A DNA stretch of 61,717 nucleotides, counting the filler, from Choristocarpus tenellus KU-1152 (lineage: Eukaryota > Protista > Phaeophyceae), in the NCBI GenBank assembly GCA_964200185.2. It is 11 parts of 11 records of this genome, joined end to end, with 100 filler letters (N's around TTAATTAATTAA, not from the genome) between each part and the next. Parts side by side here need not be neighbours in the genome. Positions count along the whole stretch, not along the records: positions 25,912 to 29,711 come from CAXNAD020017851.1; positions 29,812 to 38,774 come from CAXNAD020004160.1; positions 38,875 to 43,346 come from CAXNAD020014392.1; 8 more parts are not named here. The stretch is one strand, 5' to 3'. A model generated the notes under the pieces. It ran no database searches, was not told the DNA's origin, and saw nothing but the letters and a program-made list of their open reading frames with translations. Of the stretch, positions 27,051 through 39,930 are shown piece after piece. Positions within the stretch are counted from its first letter, which is position 1, and each line of letters opens with the position of its first letter. A program made the position numbers and the translations under genes.

Positions 27051-27681
27051 AAGAGATTCAAGCTTCGAGTAGAGGCTTGTCACCTTCTGAAGAAGAGTTT
27101 TGTGCATGTTTTAACTCTGGATATATTCATCCAGTTGTCTTTCAAGGTACACTTAGTGCAGAGGGAACTCGAGGTCTAAGTGGGGGTAAGGCAACTAGAG
27201 AAAAAAGTATAAATCAACCATGAGATACAACTGATTGGTTCTGATCTGAAGTTATAGAAACAAAGAAACAAATTTGAATCAACATCATTGGACAACTTAT
27301 ATACCGCTTGTATGTTTGATAGATGTCGACTGTTCCATACTTGGTACGCACACCACGAACTGGTAAGACTGAATCTTATCCATCATATAAAGATAAGTAT
27401 CCTATGTTTAAACACACTTCCTCATAAACAGGGTAGTTTTTCGTAGTGTGTTACATGAGCATTAACTCAATTTGACTTCGATTACAAGATAGTTCAATCA
27501 ATTTGGTATGTAATTTTCATAGATATTTTAGCGTTTCTCCCATCTCCCTGTAAAACTGTGATAATAAATGGGAGTTTCACCCCAAGGTAAATGCCCATGG
27601 ATACTTACTACCACCATAACATAATCAACCTCCCTACTAGTCAAATTCACAACAAATCATTCCAAAGATACTTCAGTTATC

Positions 27682-28130
27682 ATGGTCCACCCTCTATTCA
27701 TCGTGCCCTTAGCTTTGGCGTTGGGGAATGTCGCAAATGGGCTGCCATCCAACAAGTTTTGCACTGAAGACACCAACTCAACCGAGGATTGGATCTGTGA
27801 TCAACTAAGTCCGATCCCTGCATCGACCTTTGACGGCGCAGATCTCTTTCTTCCCTTACCGGGCAGTCCTGATACCCTCAACCCGATAAAGTACCAGCAA
27901 ATTGGTGGGTTGGATACCTTTGATGCGGACGGCACCAGGAAATAATCCTGCAGTGTTCATCCTCACTGAAGGGACATACTTCTGCATGATTGCCGAGAGT
28001 GAAGGAGAGGCAGCACTTTTCGACGCTCCTGAGGGTGAGAGGGAACTTCTCGACTCCGGAGGGGTAGACCCCGGGACATCCCAAGGGTAAACCCAGGCCT
28101 CCATCGCAGTTAGACACACTCCAGTGTAGC
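27682..28130 (+). pseudogene. Secreted protein with a frameshift near 27938; possibly metallo-beta-lactamase-fold N-terminus
   Basis: Signal peptide MVHPLFIVPLALALGNVANG. Coding-like sequence continues after a one-base shift as NNPAVFILTEGTYFCMIAESEGEAALFDAPEG, resembling the first strands of an MBL fold. No HxHxDH found downstream. Confidence 0.4.
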
Positions 28131-28961
28131 CTGGGCATTCTGTAAATACCGCAAAGAGGAATTAGCGCTTGAAGACTAGACATAGCAAAGCATATGGTCA
28201 CCATATTCTGCTCAAACATTCGGAATCAGAGACATGTGGTGTTCACTAGTTACACCGTAGCTCGGAACTGGTGACACACACGTCCTCCCCTCAACAGCAG
28301 GATGAAACCTAATGACGAAGATCGTGTCCTCCAATACATTGACCCCAATCTGTACCGGAAACAAATGATAATCCTTTCTGAATCTGTTTCCAATCCCAAC
28401 CCTAATCCCTGTCCCAGCTCTAACCCTGCCCCTCAACCCCAACACCATCCCTGACCCTTACAATCCCATATCCCCTGTAGAGAAAGAGGCACAAACAATG
28501 ATCTGTGCATCTGGGGATATATGTAGACCTACACCACATGAAACGTTCGGCATCCCTTCCACGAAGAACCCATCCTATACCATAGTTTGCCGTACAGCAA
28601 AACACACCAATTATAGTCTATATATACGCGATTATTTTCGGGGGTGACACCCACCAAACATTTGTCAACCATTTTCCAAAAAATCCAACCAGAGCATATA
28701 GTCTGCCGACACCAAACTACCTCAATTCACATCGTCCTACGTGCTTTATGGGATGTATCCATAATATTTTTGATGTGGCCAGCGTATTCCCGCATACGCA
28801 ATGCACAACTTTTCAGGATGGTCTAACCAAGGCAGTTTCAGCCCTCGCTGTATCCAACTCCCTGTTGTCGACGTGTTGAACATTAGGTATCCCCCAACAC
28901 GGCCCTAGTCCGTTGAACACATCATGACCATATATTGTACACGCCCCCTCATCCAATCAAC

Positions 28962-29661
28962 ATGGCAGCATTACCGATGTTCGCATCATCAACATCGAAC
29001 TCGAGTGTCAAAGGAAAACAAACCCACCAACCCACATTAAAACCTCACTTAAATCCCACCCAGGAAACGGGGACTCAAGAGACTTTCCAAGACGAACGCC
29101 GCTCGTTCGTGGAAGAAATCCAAAACGCACCAGATCATAGGCCACTTCCTCTCCATGTTTGTCAACCATGACGGTCTACAAGACGTGGAAAGAGGCGGCC
29201 GCACTTGGAACAACCTTGCCTCTTGGTTATAGGACGAAAAAGCAGGTTTGTGCCGTTGTCGAGTGCGTTACGAGTTGTGCTGGCTCAGGAAGAACGCGAG
29301 TCCACGCCTGATCTCCAGATCAAGACATTCCTAGAATGTGTCAAGAAAGATCTTAGCAACGAGCACACCCACCAGGTATACAACTCCATCCTCATCGGCA
29401 CTGCTCCTGATGTTGAAATACTAGAGGACAGGATGATATCGATGTTTCAGCCCCTTCTGTCCGTCACAGCTAGAAAATACGATATCAAAGTCGAAACACT
29501 GAGGTCGTCCACGAAGAAACGCACGGAATTCATAAGAGATATGCGGCGATATGCGCGTCCCTCTGCAGCGCCTGTGAAGGACGCTGGAGGATCATCTCCC
29601 GTATTCGACACTCACACCCTTCCATGTTCTCCACAAGGCACCACCCAGAGGTATGGAAGTT
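28962..29661 (+). pseudogene. Intronless degenerate ORF, possibly retroelement gag/ORF1, cut by a MITE
   Basis: ORFs 28935-29171 and 29205-29663 share a frame separated by one TGA. No splice signals or recognised motif. Ends at the family A MITE. Confidence 0.3.
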
Positions 29662-29711
29662 GAGCCAAAGTATCTTAGAGGGTAGAGCTGCGTCCATTTG
29701 GGGGTCAAAAT
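29662..29711 (+). mobile_element. MITE family A left end, truncated by contig end
   Basis: GAGCCAAAGTATCTTAGAGGGTAGAGC is identical to the start of the 55528 copy. Confidence 0.88.
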
Positions 29712-30180
29712 NNNNNNNNNNNNNNNNNNNNNNNNNNNNNNNNNNNNNNNNNNNNTTAATTAATTAANNNNNNNNNNNNNNNNNNNNNNNNNNNNNNNNN
29801 NNNNNNNNNNNGTATCTGACCGCGCGTCTTATATATACAGTGTGTGGGTGATCCCAAGAAGGAACCTGTCCCTGACAGAGGGCATAATAATAAAATATTG
29901 GTGATGGTGTGAGTCTGTTGGATTGTAATTTGGTAATTTAAGGTGGAGTATAGATTTCAAAGACCCCCCAAATAACCAAACACCATAAAAATAGAAGTGT
30001 TTCTGTTTGACCTATAGGAAGTGATGTAACTTAATGTAGAATGGATGACATCTCCTTCCAAACAAACAAAGACAATCAATCTGTGTCCACCTTTTATTAC
30101 TTGAATGGAGTAGGTGTGGGAACATACGCACACATCATAATATCATCTATCCGAACTGTGACGCCGTCATCAGCGTTAAC

Positions 30181-32173
30181 ATGAGGCAGCTCAGATGGAA
30201 TGACTGCTTAGCTGCTTTAGGATTAATTGGAGTTGGTGGTGGAGCACCTACAGAGCTTCGACCACAATCTGAGCTCCAATCCAACTGCTTCAATTTTCCA
30301 GAAGATAACTTCAGTCCTTCAAACTGCGTAAAGTGTGAATATGGAACGAGTCCATACTTTCCCCTCCGCGTTGGAGACCGAGCAATCGATTTTACGTTGC
30401 ATGATCTGACAGGCCAGCCATGGAACCTGGCGGAGGCACTCAGCGAGGGGAAGCCGGTTGTTCTTATCTGGGGCATGTTCACATGCCCAGCATACCAGGG
30501 CTTGGGGACAGAGCCACCCTTCGATAAGTCGTCCTACTGGTTGGAAAGTGATACGGTAGGTACCTTCGAGTTTTCTGAAGTTTTCGTCGCCGTCTTACGT
30601 AGTCGGGTCGTCAGTGTCATGGCTTCACCCTCAGCCCCTGGTGATGTGGGTTCATTTTTGTGTGTTTTAGAACTAAAGATAGTTTGTCTTTCAGACTTAC
30701 CGCACTAAGCAACCCGATCTCTGGCTTCGTGTGGAATCCGTACATGTTTCTGTCCTATAACACCTTCCACTCCGTTAATACTGACAGGTTGAATTGTACA
30801 AAGACCGTGCTACGTTCGTGCACTTGTATGGTGCAGAGCCACACCCTATGATCCCCGACACAAACTTTGATAGTGGACGCCTTCTCCCCTTGTACTGGAG
30901 TGTGATAAGGCAACCGCTAACTTACGATGGCCGGTTAGAAATGGCACGTCGCACGCTTGATCTCACTCACCCCAATCAGGTGTGTGGTCGATCGAGTGGT
31001 TGGTTGATGGACTAAGACTGAGGGCATTTGATATTTTTAAGGAGTTGGGTCAGTGATTTGTTTATGCCGTGGTTTATTTATGCCGTGGTTCATGTGTGAT
31101 CTTGGATTTGGACTGTGAGGTTCTTCCATGTGTTGCGGATTTTCGTGACCAGTCCAACTAAGAACTTAAACCTTGACGCCCTCACCTCACACCTCTACGT
31201 TAATACCTGGATTTCTATGAGTATTTGATTTTGTGACCCTTTGCAGACGAAGAACTTGCTAATTGTGAACTACCTAGTCTATTTTTGTCTTCATTTATTA
31301 CGGTCATATTGTCACCACGACCCTGGCCAGATTTGTCGTTAAGACTAAGGGAAGTACTGTTGGAAGGTCCTGTCCATGGGCTCGGCCGAGCTATTCAATA
31401 TGGTGCAAATTTTTTCACCTGAATATCTCTCGGCTTTGAGCATTTTATCAACGGTTTTGCTTGATATTGATGGATCGAATGCCCTTCTCAGGCGTACCCA
31501 TTTCTGAATTGCATGAGGTCAAGATATTCATTGACGCACAGTCATACTTTAAATTTACCGTCTGAATTTGACGATGTAACATCCTATCCAATTATGTCAT
31601 AAACCTCAATCTTCACCCTCTCACTCCATACCTCTACACTATTTTCTTGTTTTTTTTTTGCGTCTGCTTCGGTGACCCCATAGACATAGCGAACCTAAGC
31701 CTATGTGGGCTGCCCATTTCTAGTTTTATTTTTCATTTATTCAGAATTGGGGTTAAGTGCTCCAGGTCGATGACCTGTGTTTTGAGACAAGTCCTTTTTA
31801 TTGGACTTTTGCGTGCACTTGTTTTAGCTGTTGAGATGATTTACTGTGGTGCTATAAGTAAGGAGACGAGTTGAGCGAAGAGAAATAGATCCTGCCACCA
31901 ACATAGAACTCTGTTCTATGCGAGAGATATCTCTCTCTGACCTATCGTGCCACACACACATCCCAGGTACTACTGCCTGACTATCTCTTAGGTAACCCCT
32001 ACAGTGAACTTGTGCAGCCTGTGTGGTGCACCTACGCTATGGGGGCGCGCACTGCAACCATTGTGGGTGAGGATGGAAGGATTGAATATCAACGGGACTG
32101 GCTGCAAACAGAGCGTCTTCAACAGGCCATCGATGCGTACTGGTCAAAAAAGCAGGGGGACAAGAAGACTTAA
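30181..32173 (+). CDS. Iodothyronine deiodinase-like thioredoxin-fold protein, Cys homologue, complete, 257 aa
   Basis: Three phase-0 GT-AG exons: 30181-30555, 30788-30979, 31967-32173. Motifs in deiodinase order: GDRAIDFTL; GKPVVLIWGMFTCPAY (cf. RPLVLNFGSCTUPPF); ATFVHLYGAEPHP (cf. DFL.IYI.EAHP); IRQPLTYDGRLEMA; LLPDY..N...VWCTY; IVGEDGRIEY. Active-site codon is TGC at 30484-30486. Confidence 0.85.
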
Positions 32174-34989
32174 AAAGGAGGGAGGTGCGGAGGGAATATG
32201 GGGAGGCGTTCGCACACCCTTGGTGTGAATTGTCGTATGGATAACCGACTCCTATCCTAAAGTTTTGACAGTTACTTTATGTTCCAGCGGAAAGTGCAAA
32301 GTGTCATGTAGTGCAGTTGGTGGGTATTTGTGCACACACTCACATACACCAGCATCAGTGTATTTTGGGACTTTTGTTGTTGCCTTTTGTGCATGTTTTT
32401 CTGTCGTTTTTACTTTTTTGCAGTTTAGATATATTTTTTGGGAGGTCAATAAGATTGATTCACATCTTAAAATGGGCGGATCTAATTGTAATAGTTGTGC
32501 AAGGATTAGCTCTTTCGTGGCGGTCTTGATATACTCAAGAGGATTGTGGAGAGATGGTCATGAAAACATTCGAGAGAGATGGGAGCATTTTTGGACAAGT
32601 TTGGGTGTCACGGTTGGATGTGTATAATGTGATCTGTTACAATGTGAGGGAAGAATTGTTGCATTTGGTTCTACACCACTAGTTCTGTTTCATCAGCAAG
32701 AATTCAGGCGATCTATGGAAGAGCAAAATATGTTGATATTTCCTCTAAAAACTAAGAGTATTTAGTGATGGTGATGAATCCAGGCAGAGCAGGAGCAGAT
32801 GCTGCTTGAAGTTGTTTCCCCTTATGATTGAGCATACAACATGTACTGATGCATGCTGAGGACAAAGAGGGGGTGGGAAGCAAGCACAGGTGAAGGCATT
32901 TTGTGCATGGGAGATACAGTGTGCTGTGAGCTCTGTTTCTCATCACCTACCTACCTGTGTGTTGCAGACTTGGTCTAGGGAGAGAGTACATACTATCGAG
33001 TCTTGCACAAGTTGATTGATATTATCAGGGTCAACTTTCTTCTCATTTAGGGTTCCCTCTTGAAATGGTTTTTAGGTACTAAGAATGGAGGAATCCAGTA
33101 CTCCTGGGTATACAGGATAATACAGCACAAATGTGCAAGAACAGTGAACAATCATGAAAAAAAACTATAGGCACTAATTCCATGATTTTGAGGGTGTGCC
33201 AGAGAGGTGAGAGTTCTCTGGTCCAGGATCCCATCACCGTCACCACACGGGTGACTTAAATCCATATCTGCAACATCACTTTCGCATCCCTGGCCTACAC
33301 TGTGATGTCAACTGTGGTTGGATGTGTAAGGCAACCGTGTTTGATGCATACCATACCTCTTACAACACACCTTGATGTGGATCAGAGATAGAGTCTTTGG
33401 CGTCAGATCCAAACCTTGCTTACATCTCAAGTGACTTGAGCATGCCATGTTTTACCTAAAACTCCTGTGCTTGGTGAAATGCCCCTTCACAAATACTTTT
33501 TTGTGCCCAAGGACAGGTTCCCCCCTCATGGCCTCCACTTTGAATCTTACATACCATGATTCCTTAGGAATCTACAATTTTCTGAAGGTATGTGAGGTGT
33601 ACAGTCAGACTTGAGGATGTTCAGTTGTTCTACATGTATTGACGAGTACTTAGTACGATTGCCTAGAAAAATTCAGACCTGAACTACAATATTTGCTTTA
33701 ATCCCTGTGTGGACTTGTGCTGTTGGTGCAGAGTAAGCCCTGACTCAGGTTCTGTTGTTTCGAACAACTCAGAAATGTATCTATACCTGCACCGAAACTT
33801 GCCTAGTGGAAACAGACGGAAGAATCTCAGTGGTCCATATGGTATACCTTGCCTGCACAACAGTGACGATTCGTCATAATGGAGACTCAATGGTACAGTA
33901 ACGACTGGACTCAGCCACTAATGTTGTTGTGGAATGTACCCTTTTTATAAAGTCTTGATATCGATGGGAATCAAACTGTGAAATTCGTGCGAAGTATTTG
34001 ACTCAATTGATTACCGAACTACAAGGACACTATTGGATTGCCCAATATTGTTGTAGGTTAATATTACCAATTTTTGTTGTCTTGCTTCTCTTTTTAGGTC
34101 TTTTCTGTCTGAGCACCTGCTCACTCACGTTTGCGCATCCGTGGGCTCTCACCTTTGACCAAAATGTCTGGAGTACAGAATGCAAAGAGTCTTATGTAAA
34201 TGAGAGGTAGGCAGGTTTGGAAACTTTTGTGTTCCAAGTAATCTTTTTTACCCTCTGCAATACACTCTGTTTCATTCCTTTATATGCCCAATAGTGTACT
34301 ATGTGAAGTAGACATTCCCCCTTTCCACACATAAAGTAATATCACAATTCAGCAAAGGTTCTTTCTACAATTGTACAAACTTGTATCACTTTCTTGGGAT
34401 CCTTAAAAAACATTTTCTTGCCTACCTTTTCATTGTATTGGCTCGAAAACATATTGCCCTTCTCTGCTGGACGTATACGTGCATTTATTTCGCCTGGCGT
34501 GTGATTGTGCAGCTGCTGTGAGAGGCAGCGAATTCCATCCCCTTCTCTTGTACATTTGTCGTCAGGTCTTGACTGCCATAATCTCATCTCCCAATTACCA
34601 GGGATATGATATTCATGCTCCCTTACGCCTTTTGTTGAAGATACAACATATTCAAACCTTTTTCTTTCCCTCCTCAATCTTTTTCATTTGCTTAAGCAAA
34701 CTTTTAACTGTTGTAAAGTGGAACTACTTGCTAAATGTTCGTACCTGTGCAAGCCACATGACACTTCTTTTTGCACGATGACATGCCCTAATGCTGCAAA
34801 TCTTTTGTCATCTTAATGTTGGATCGCCTATCCTTTTCGTCCATTTAGGTATAGTCAATCTCCTCATTGCTTCCTTGAGTCTATCCTCTGCGTTTTGCAA
34901 AGCCTTAATGTCCTTTTTCCTCTAACAGACCTTGACCTTACCGCTCAGTTGATACAAATAATGTTTTGATGTGTTGCACTCCAACGGTT

Positions 34990-35620
34990 CTCGTGATATT
35001 TGTGTGGGTATGCCTTGCACATACTTTCCTCTAGAGAGGAGGCATGAGGCCAACAGGTGCCTGCTTGCCGAGGGCAGGAGGCATATCGATACTTGATATG
35101 CCCTCACCTACACTAGGGTGTGAGGACATGTGAAACCAGCACATGCTGATGGTGAAACAACTTTGTCAATTATGAAGGGGAATTGGCATCCCTTGCACTA
35201 TGGACGATGGCAGCCCGTTAACATTAGACCAGAGCTTCCACATGGATGTAGTCTTGAATCCTGGGGCACTTTGAGACGCTGGCTCAGCTCTCTAACAGGA
35301 CAAAGGCTTCTAGATGTTGCTTTCACAGAAGTCTGACCAGACTGTCATCTGCCCCACTCATCCACCAGCAATGGTGTACCTGCTGCCGCAGCTGAGGCTC
35401 GAAAGCGCATCCACTACGAGAGATCCTTTGATCTTTGTTGTTTAAATCTCAACACCTTTGTGGTGAAAGGTTTTCAGCACCTTGGAAAGCAATCAGAACG
35501 TTTCTTGGATGAGTTAGCCATGTGCAGTAGGGGGAAGAGATACTGCAGAAGAAAGGGAAGAATCACAACAACCTGTGATGTGCCTTTGTGCTGAACAGCC
35601 CGGTATTTCCAGCTAAAAAT
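34990..35620 (+). mobile_element. Degenerate 3' part (restriction-like endonuclease) of a CRE-like non-LTR retrotransposon
   Basis: Reads LLDVAFTEV*PDCHLPHSSTSNGVPAAAAEARKRIHYERSFD...TFVVKGFQHLGKQSERFLDELA, matching the RLE pattern D-V...AA..AE..K..Y...F.VE.FG.LG. Confidence 0.68.
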
Positions 35621-36519
35621 CCCTCTAAAGAGTTATCTGTGTAGTTATGGTACCATAAAGGCTCACACCAATATTAACAGTCCCTTTTACCCTTGCCATG
35701 TGGGTGGCCAACTCATGAAGGAAGCTATCTGCTTGCTTACTATGGCACCCAAAACTTTGCATCAAGGTATTGAGCTAAAAATTATGAAGACCAAAAGATC
35801 CCTCGCGGTGAGAGCGCACTTGACTCTTGGCTACTACAGCAGCAACACCATTTCTGGTGGATGGGTTGATCAGGTGGCAAGCTGCCTGGACCTCTGTAGT
35901 AGCAACATCAACAAGACCTTTGTCTCAATAGGGGGATGAATCAGCTTCGAGTAAGGCCCTAACATGGAAGACCACATTCATACCGAAGTTCCTATCCACC
36001 AAGGATGACCTCTTATCCTCCATTGTGTCCATTCCCTTGCGGATTGACGCAACCATTTCACCATTGGTGTGTGCTGGCATACTTTTCCTCCCACCCTATA
36101 GGAAGTGCATGCGCATCAGGTGTTTGCATCTTTCCTCCCTCACTGCCTAAATTTATTGTTATGTTGGTAAATACTTCTGTGATTGTACTGTACATAGCGT
36201 AGCCATATTGGCATGTCAGTACACCTTTCTGCAATACATATTGTATAGTTACACCTTTCGATATAATTATGCTATGTTTTGTCTATACTGTGGTATGTTC
36301 TGTATATTTCACCCAGTCAGTCTCCACCAAAAGTCTCTAGTACTACTTTTTGTGGTCACGGAATCCCTGTGGAAATTGATCCACGCCTTTCACTCTTGTT
36401 TCATGAACAAGTGAACCAGTGACAACCCACTACTCTGTTATGACAAAATCATCAGTATATAAGAATCCTCTGTTGTGATAAAAGTACTAAAAAATCGGAA
36501 GTAATGGACAATCACAATC

Positions 36520-38330
36520 CACCGCTATTTTGGACAACACCTCATTTTTTCCGAGAGACCTACTTGCTGGCAGTGAGGTTGAGCTCCATAGAAGGAATTT
36601 GGCGTGGTTGCTCCAGGGGATGTGAGGTAGCCCATGCCTTGCCCACACTGACTCCTGTGGTGGGCTAGAGCCAGCGAGGAACCTTTCCTCTGTTCGTCAA
36701 TTGCTGAAGGAAGGTTGGTGGGTTGTGTCCAGAAGGGGTTCAAGCAGATCCTGTTGAGTAATCGTGTGGCTTCATGTTGATCCCTCCGTGTTATCCCAGC
36801 ATCTTGAGCTGCCAAGGTTTAAGGTCTGGGGTGGGAGTGGTTGTACCTACCCAGTTTACTGAGGCTCGACCAAAAAATCCCTCCCAAAGGGACTTCTGAT
36901 GAGATAATGGCAGAGATTGACAATCCTAGCGCGTGCTCTGTGGGGGTCATAAAATTACCTGTGTCAAGGTCTCTCCATGGGTCCCTTGTTGTCTAGCCAG
37001 AAGGGTGGAAGAGTGGCCTCCAATAATCTAAAAAAAGCTGCGTGTTGGCAGTGCCCCATAGAGGACAGGCCTAGCCCACCCGGACTTGTGGGCATCCGTG
37101 CCTGGACTTGTTGGCTTACTTTTAGGTAAGAGACCAATAATTTCTCATCAATGGACTCAGTTGCCTCGGTCACATATACCACCTCTATGACCTCCCCTAA
37201 AATCCTTAAGGAGGGGCTGTCTGCTTGCTCCATGGTGGGATCTGCAAGGTGCAGGGGAATGACCCTCACCAGGTAACCCAAGTGGGAAAAGAGGGATGAG
37301 GAATTGAGGACCCGGGAAACCTGCTGTCTTCTATCTCACTCAGGCGTTTAGTAAGCAGTTTTGAGTCTGAGCTGTCAATCATACCTTCCATGTGGGCCTG
37401 GAAAAAAATACCCATCCTCATCAATGCCACAAAAGGGACAAAAACATTTGGTCTGGAGTGGTAAGGGGTTACACTTTGGAGGGTGTAGGTCGGTGACCTT
37501 GGGGTAGTGAAGTAATTGTCTTCTTCACATTTGAGACTGTTCCCACCTCAAACAGGTCAGTTTTTTGCTGCTCCAAAGTAACTATTGCGGCGCGGTTGAT
37601 CTCTTTTGTGGACGTGGACAGATCAACTACGCGCTGGGAAAAAATCCCATAGGGTCCAACCGTGGACTAGGTCTGCTGAAGGAGTTTCTTTGGCTGTGAA
37701 AATAAAAGTAAGGATTCAAGGGGATCTTCTTGTTGTGCTCCCATCGTTGAGGACATGTTTTTTATTCCCCTCCAGGTCTAGTGGAAAAGAAGATCAATTG
37801 CGCCCCTGTATACCTTCCCAACATATGCGAGGAGTACTCGCAGGACCTCAGGGAGAGTCTTGATGAAATTTGAGCGGTGTACACTGTTGAAGGCGTTCTT
37901 GGCATCTAGGCTGATCATCCATTCCCCATACCCATTCCCAAGGCGGATTTCCAGCAGAGCTTACTCGATCTCTTTTGGGGCCCCTGCTTCAAACTTCCCC
38001 TTACATCTGAAATGTTCCTCTAGGTAGTGGTACAAATCAGTATAGAAAGCTGAAGCGCATGCCCTTATCAAGGAGCCAAATGCAACTGGACGGCACTTCT
38101 ACCCTACCGCTGAGATTCTGGATATGGTGTGGAACTCCCAGAACTCAGAGGGTAATGGGTCTGGGGAGGTGTATGCCACCTCCCATAGCTTGGCAAACTC
38201 CTTTGCTACATCCTCATGGCCGACATCATGTCGTGATGGCTGATTGTGTAAGGCTGGGGCACATCCCATTGGGACCTGGTTCTGAGTTGCTGTTGGTGCA
38301 CATGAATGCCATTCGTATATGAGGTGGATA
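36520..38330 (-). mobile_element. Degenerate CRE-like non-LTR retrotransposon reverse transcriptase region
   Basis: Motifs in order on the minus strand: LPSEFWEFH..SRISAVG*KCRPVAFG (~38150-38075), ISLDAKNAFNSVHR (~37916-37875), QARMPTSPGGLGL..HAAF (~37105-37033). Many stops and frameshifts. Confidence 0.8.
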
Positions 38331-38593
38331 TGTATTCCCCCTTCGGAGGGCAATACCACTGTCCCCTAGATCCTATCCCTTTCTCCCCTGCTCTTTGCTG
38401 TATTTTCATGTCACCGTACATTATTTCGTTTTCATTAACGTGATTCTCTCCGTCACTTTCATCTCCAATCCACATATAAAACTCGTACATTAGTAATTCC
38501 GTATATCAATATAATATTTATTACGGCCTTGCAAGAGTCCATCCAAGATACCACCTCATTCACCATATCCTCCACATTGGGAAAGTTTACGAA

Positions 38594-38774
38594 GGTTCAA
38601 AGTATCTGGGTGGGGGGGGGGGAGGTGTCGGATTCAGTTTTTCACCCTTTTTTCGATTTTCACTTTTTTGGTGTGATTTGGTCGCACGTGTCGGATTTGA
38701 AATATCAGCAAAAAATAGTTGTTCGACAGAAACGGATGCCCCCTCACAAACCCCCCCCCCCCCCCCCCCCCCCC
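38594..38774 (+). mobile_element. Family B-related MITE, truncated by contig end
   Basis: GGTTCAAAGTATCT-polyG start, ending in a poly-C run at the contig break, consistent with the opposite G-rich TIR. Confidence 0.5.
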
Positions 38775-38879
38775 NNNNNNNNNNNNNNNNNNNNNNNNNN
38801 NNNNNNNNNNNNNNNNNNTTAATTAATTAANNNNNNNNNNNNNNNNNNNNNNNNNNNNNNNNNNNNNNNNNNNNAGCGC

Positions 38880-38933
<54 letters not shown>

Positions 38934-39882
38934 CGTTTAGGATAAAAGGTTGACATTGGAATTATTCTGGATAATTAAAATATATATATTGCACCTGGAG
39001 GACAACAGAATGCCAACAGAATGCCAACAGCGTGGGGAGGGAGGGTAGATACAGCAGTAGAATAATGGGAGAGGGGGGGTAACAGAGGGAGGAAGAGACA
39101 AGCAGTAGTGCTTAGAGATGAAGGAAATTACATCAAAATTAGCAGATTTTCACACCAAATCGTACTACCATACTTTCCAAAAACAAGGAAAACTGAAATG
39201 GTAGCAGACTTTTTGGTAGCAGATCTTTTCTTGAAAAAACCCTAAACATAGCCCTAACCTTGCCTTGCCCGCAAACCAATACAAATCGCGATCCTCATAA
39301 CCACAACAAAATTACTCCAGTATACAAACGAATAAATATTATTCAAGTAGCAGTAACAATAAGCCAAAACAATAACAAAATAATAATATCAATGATAATG
39401 ATTACAATCACATATAAAAATAATACAACAGGAGCTTTCGTGCTCCTGACCAACCGCCCCTTTCACCTCCAAAACCAGCTCCCACATGGACTCCCCACAC
39501 ACCCCACTCCCTCCCTTGCTGTGGCTAAAGGAGCCCTCCTCCCCTCCCCCGATCATACGCTTCAAGTCTCTCAATGTTGTCGGGGAGGCTGGTGGGTCAT
39601 CTGCGCTGGCCTTAATGGCGCCCTACAAAAATTAAATAAAAATAAAATGACACAGAGATTAGTGTTGTGGAGGGTTTGGTTGGATTGGCAAGGGTGGTGG
39701 GTGGGAGTGGAGTGTGCAGAACAGCAAACCAGGTATGAGTCGTGTGGTATACATGCATGAATGATTGAATGCAGGGCAGGCATGAGTGGACATACCACAT
39801 CATATTGGTTGTATATACCACACCTCATTTGGCGTTGTTAAGGTGTCCTTGACGACCAGTTTTCCCCCACAACCAGTCGTTA

Positions 39883-39930
<48 letters not shown>
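39883..39930. repeat. (ATT)n microsatellite inside the 3' LTR
   Basis: About 16 ATT units; the corresponding region of the other LTR is degenerate. Confidence 0.95.

Noticed and set aside
29169-29171. In-frame TGA as selenocysteine or readthrough
   Set aside because: No redox motif context and no SECIS identified; an alternative frame looks equally coding, which points to decay.
33200-33480. Possible copia RT remnant on the minus strand
   Set aside because: Only faint similarity (KVMLQI...) across several frameshifts; too weak to call.
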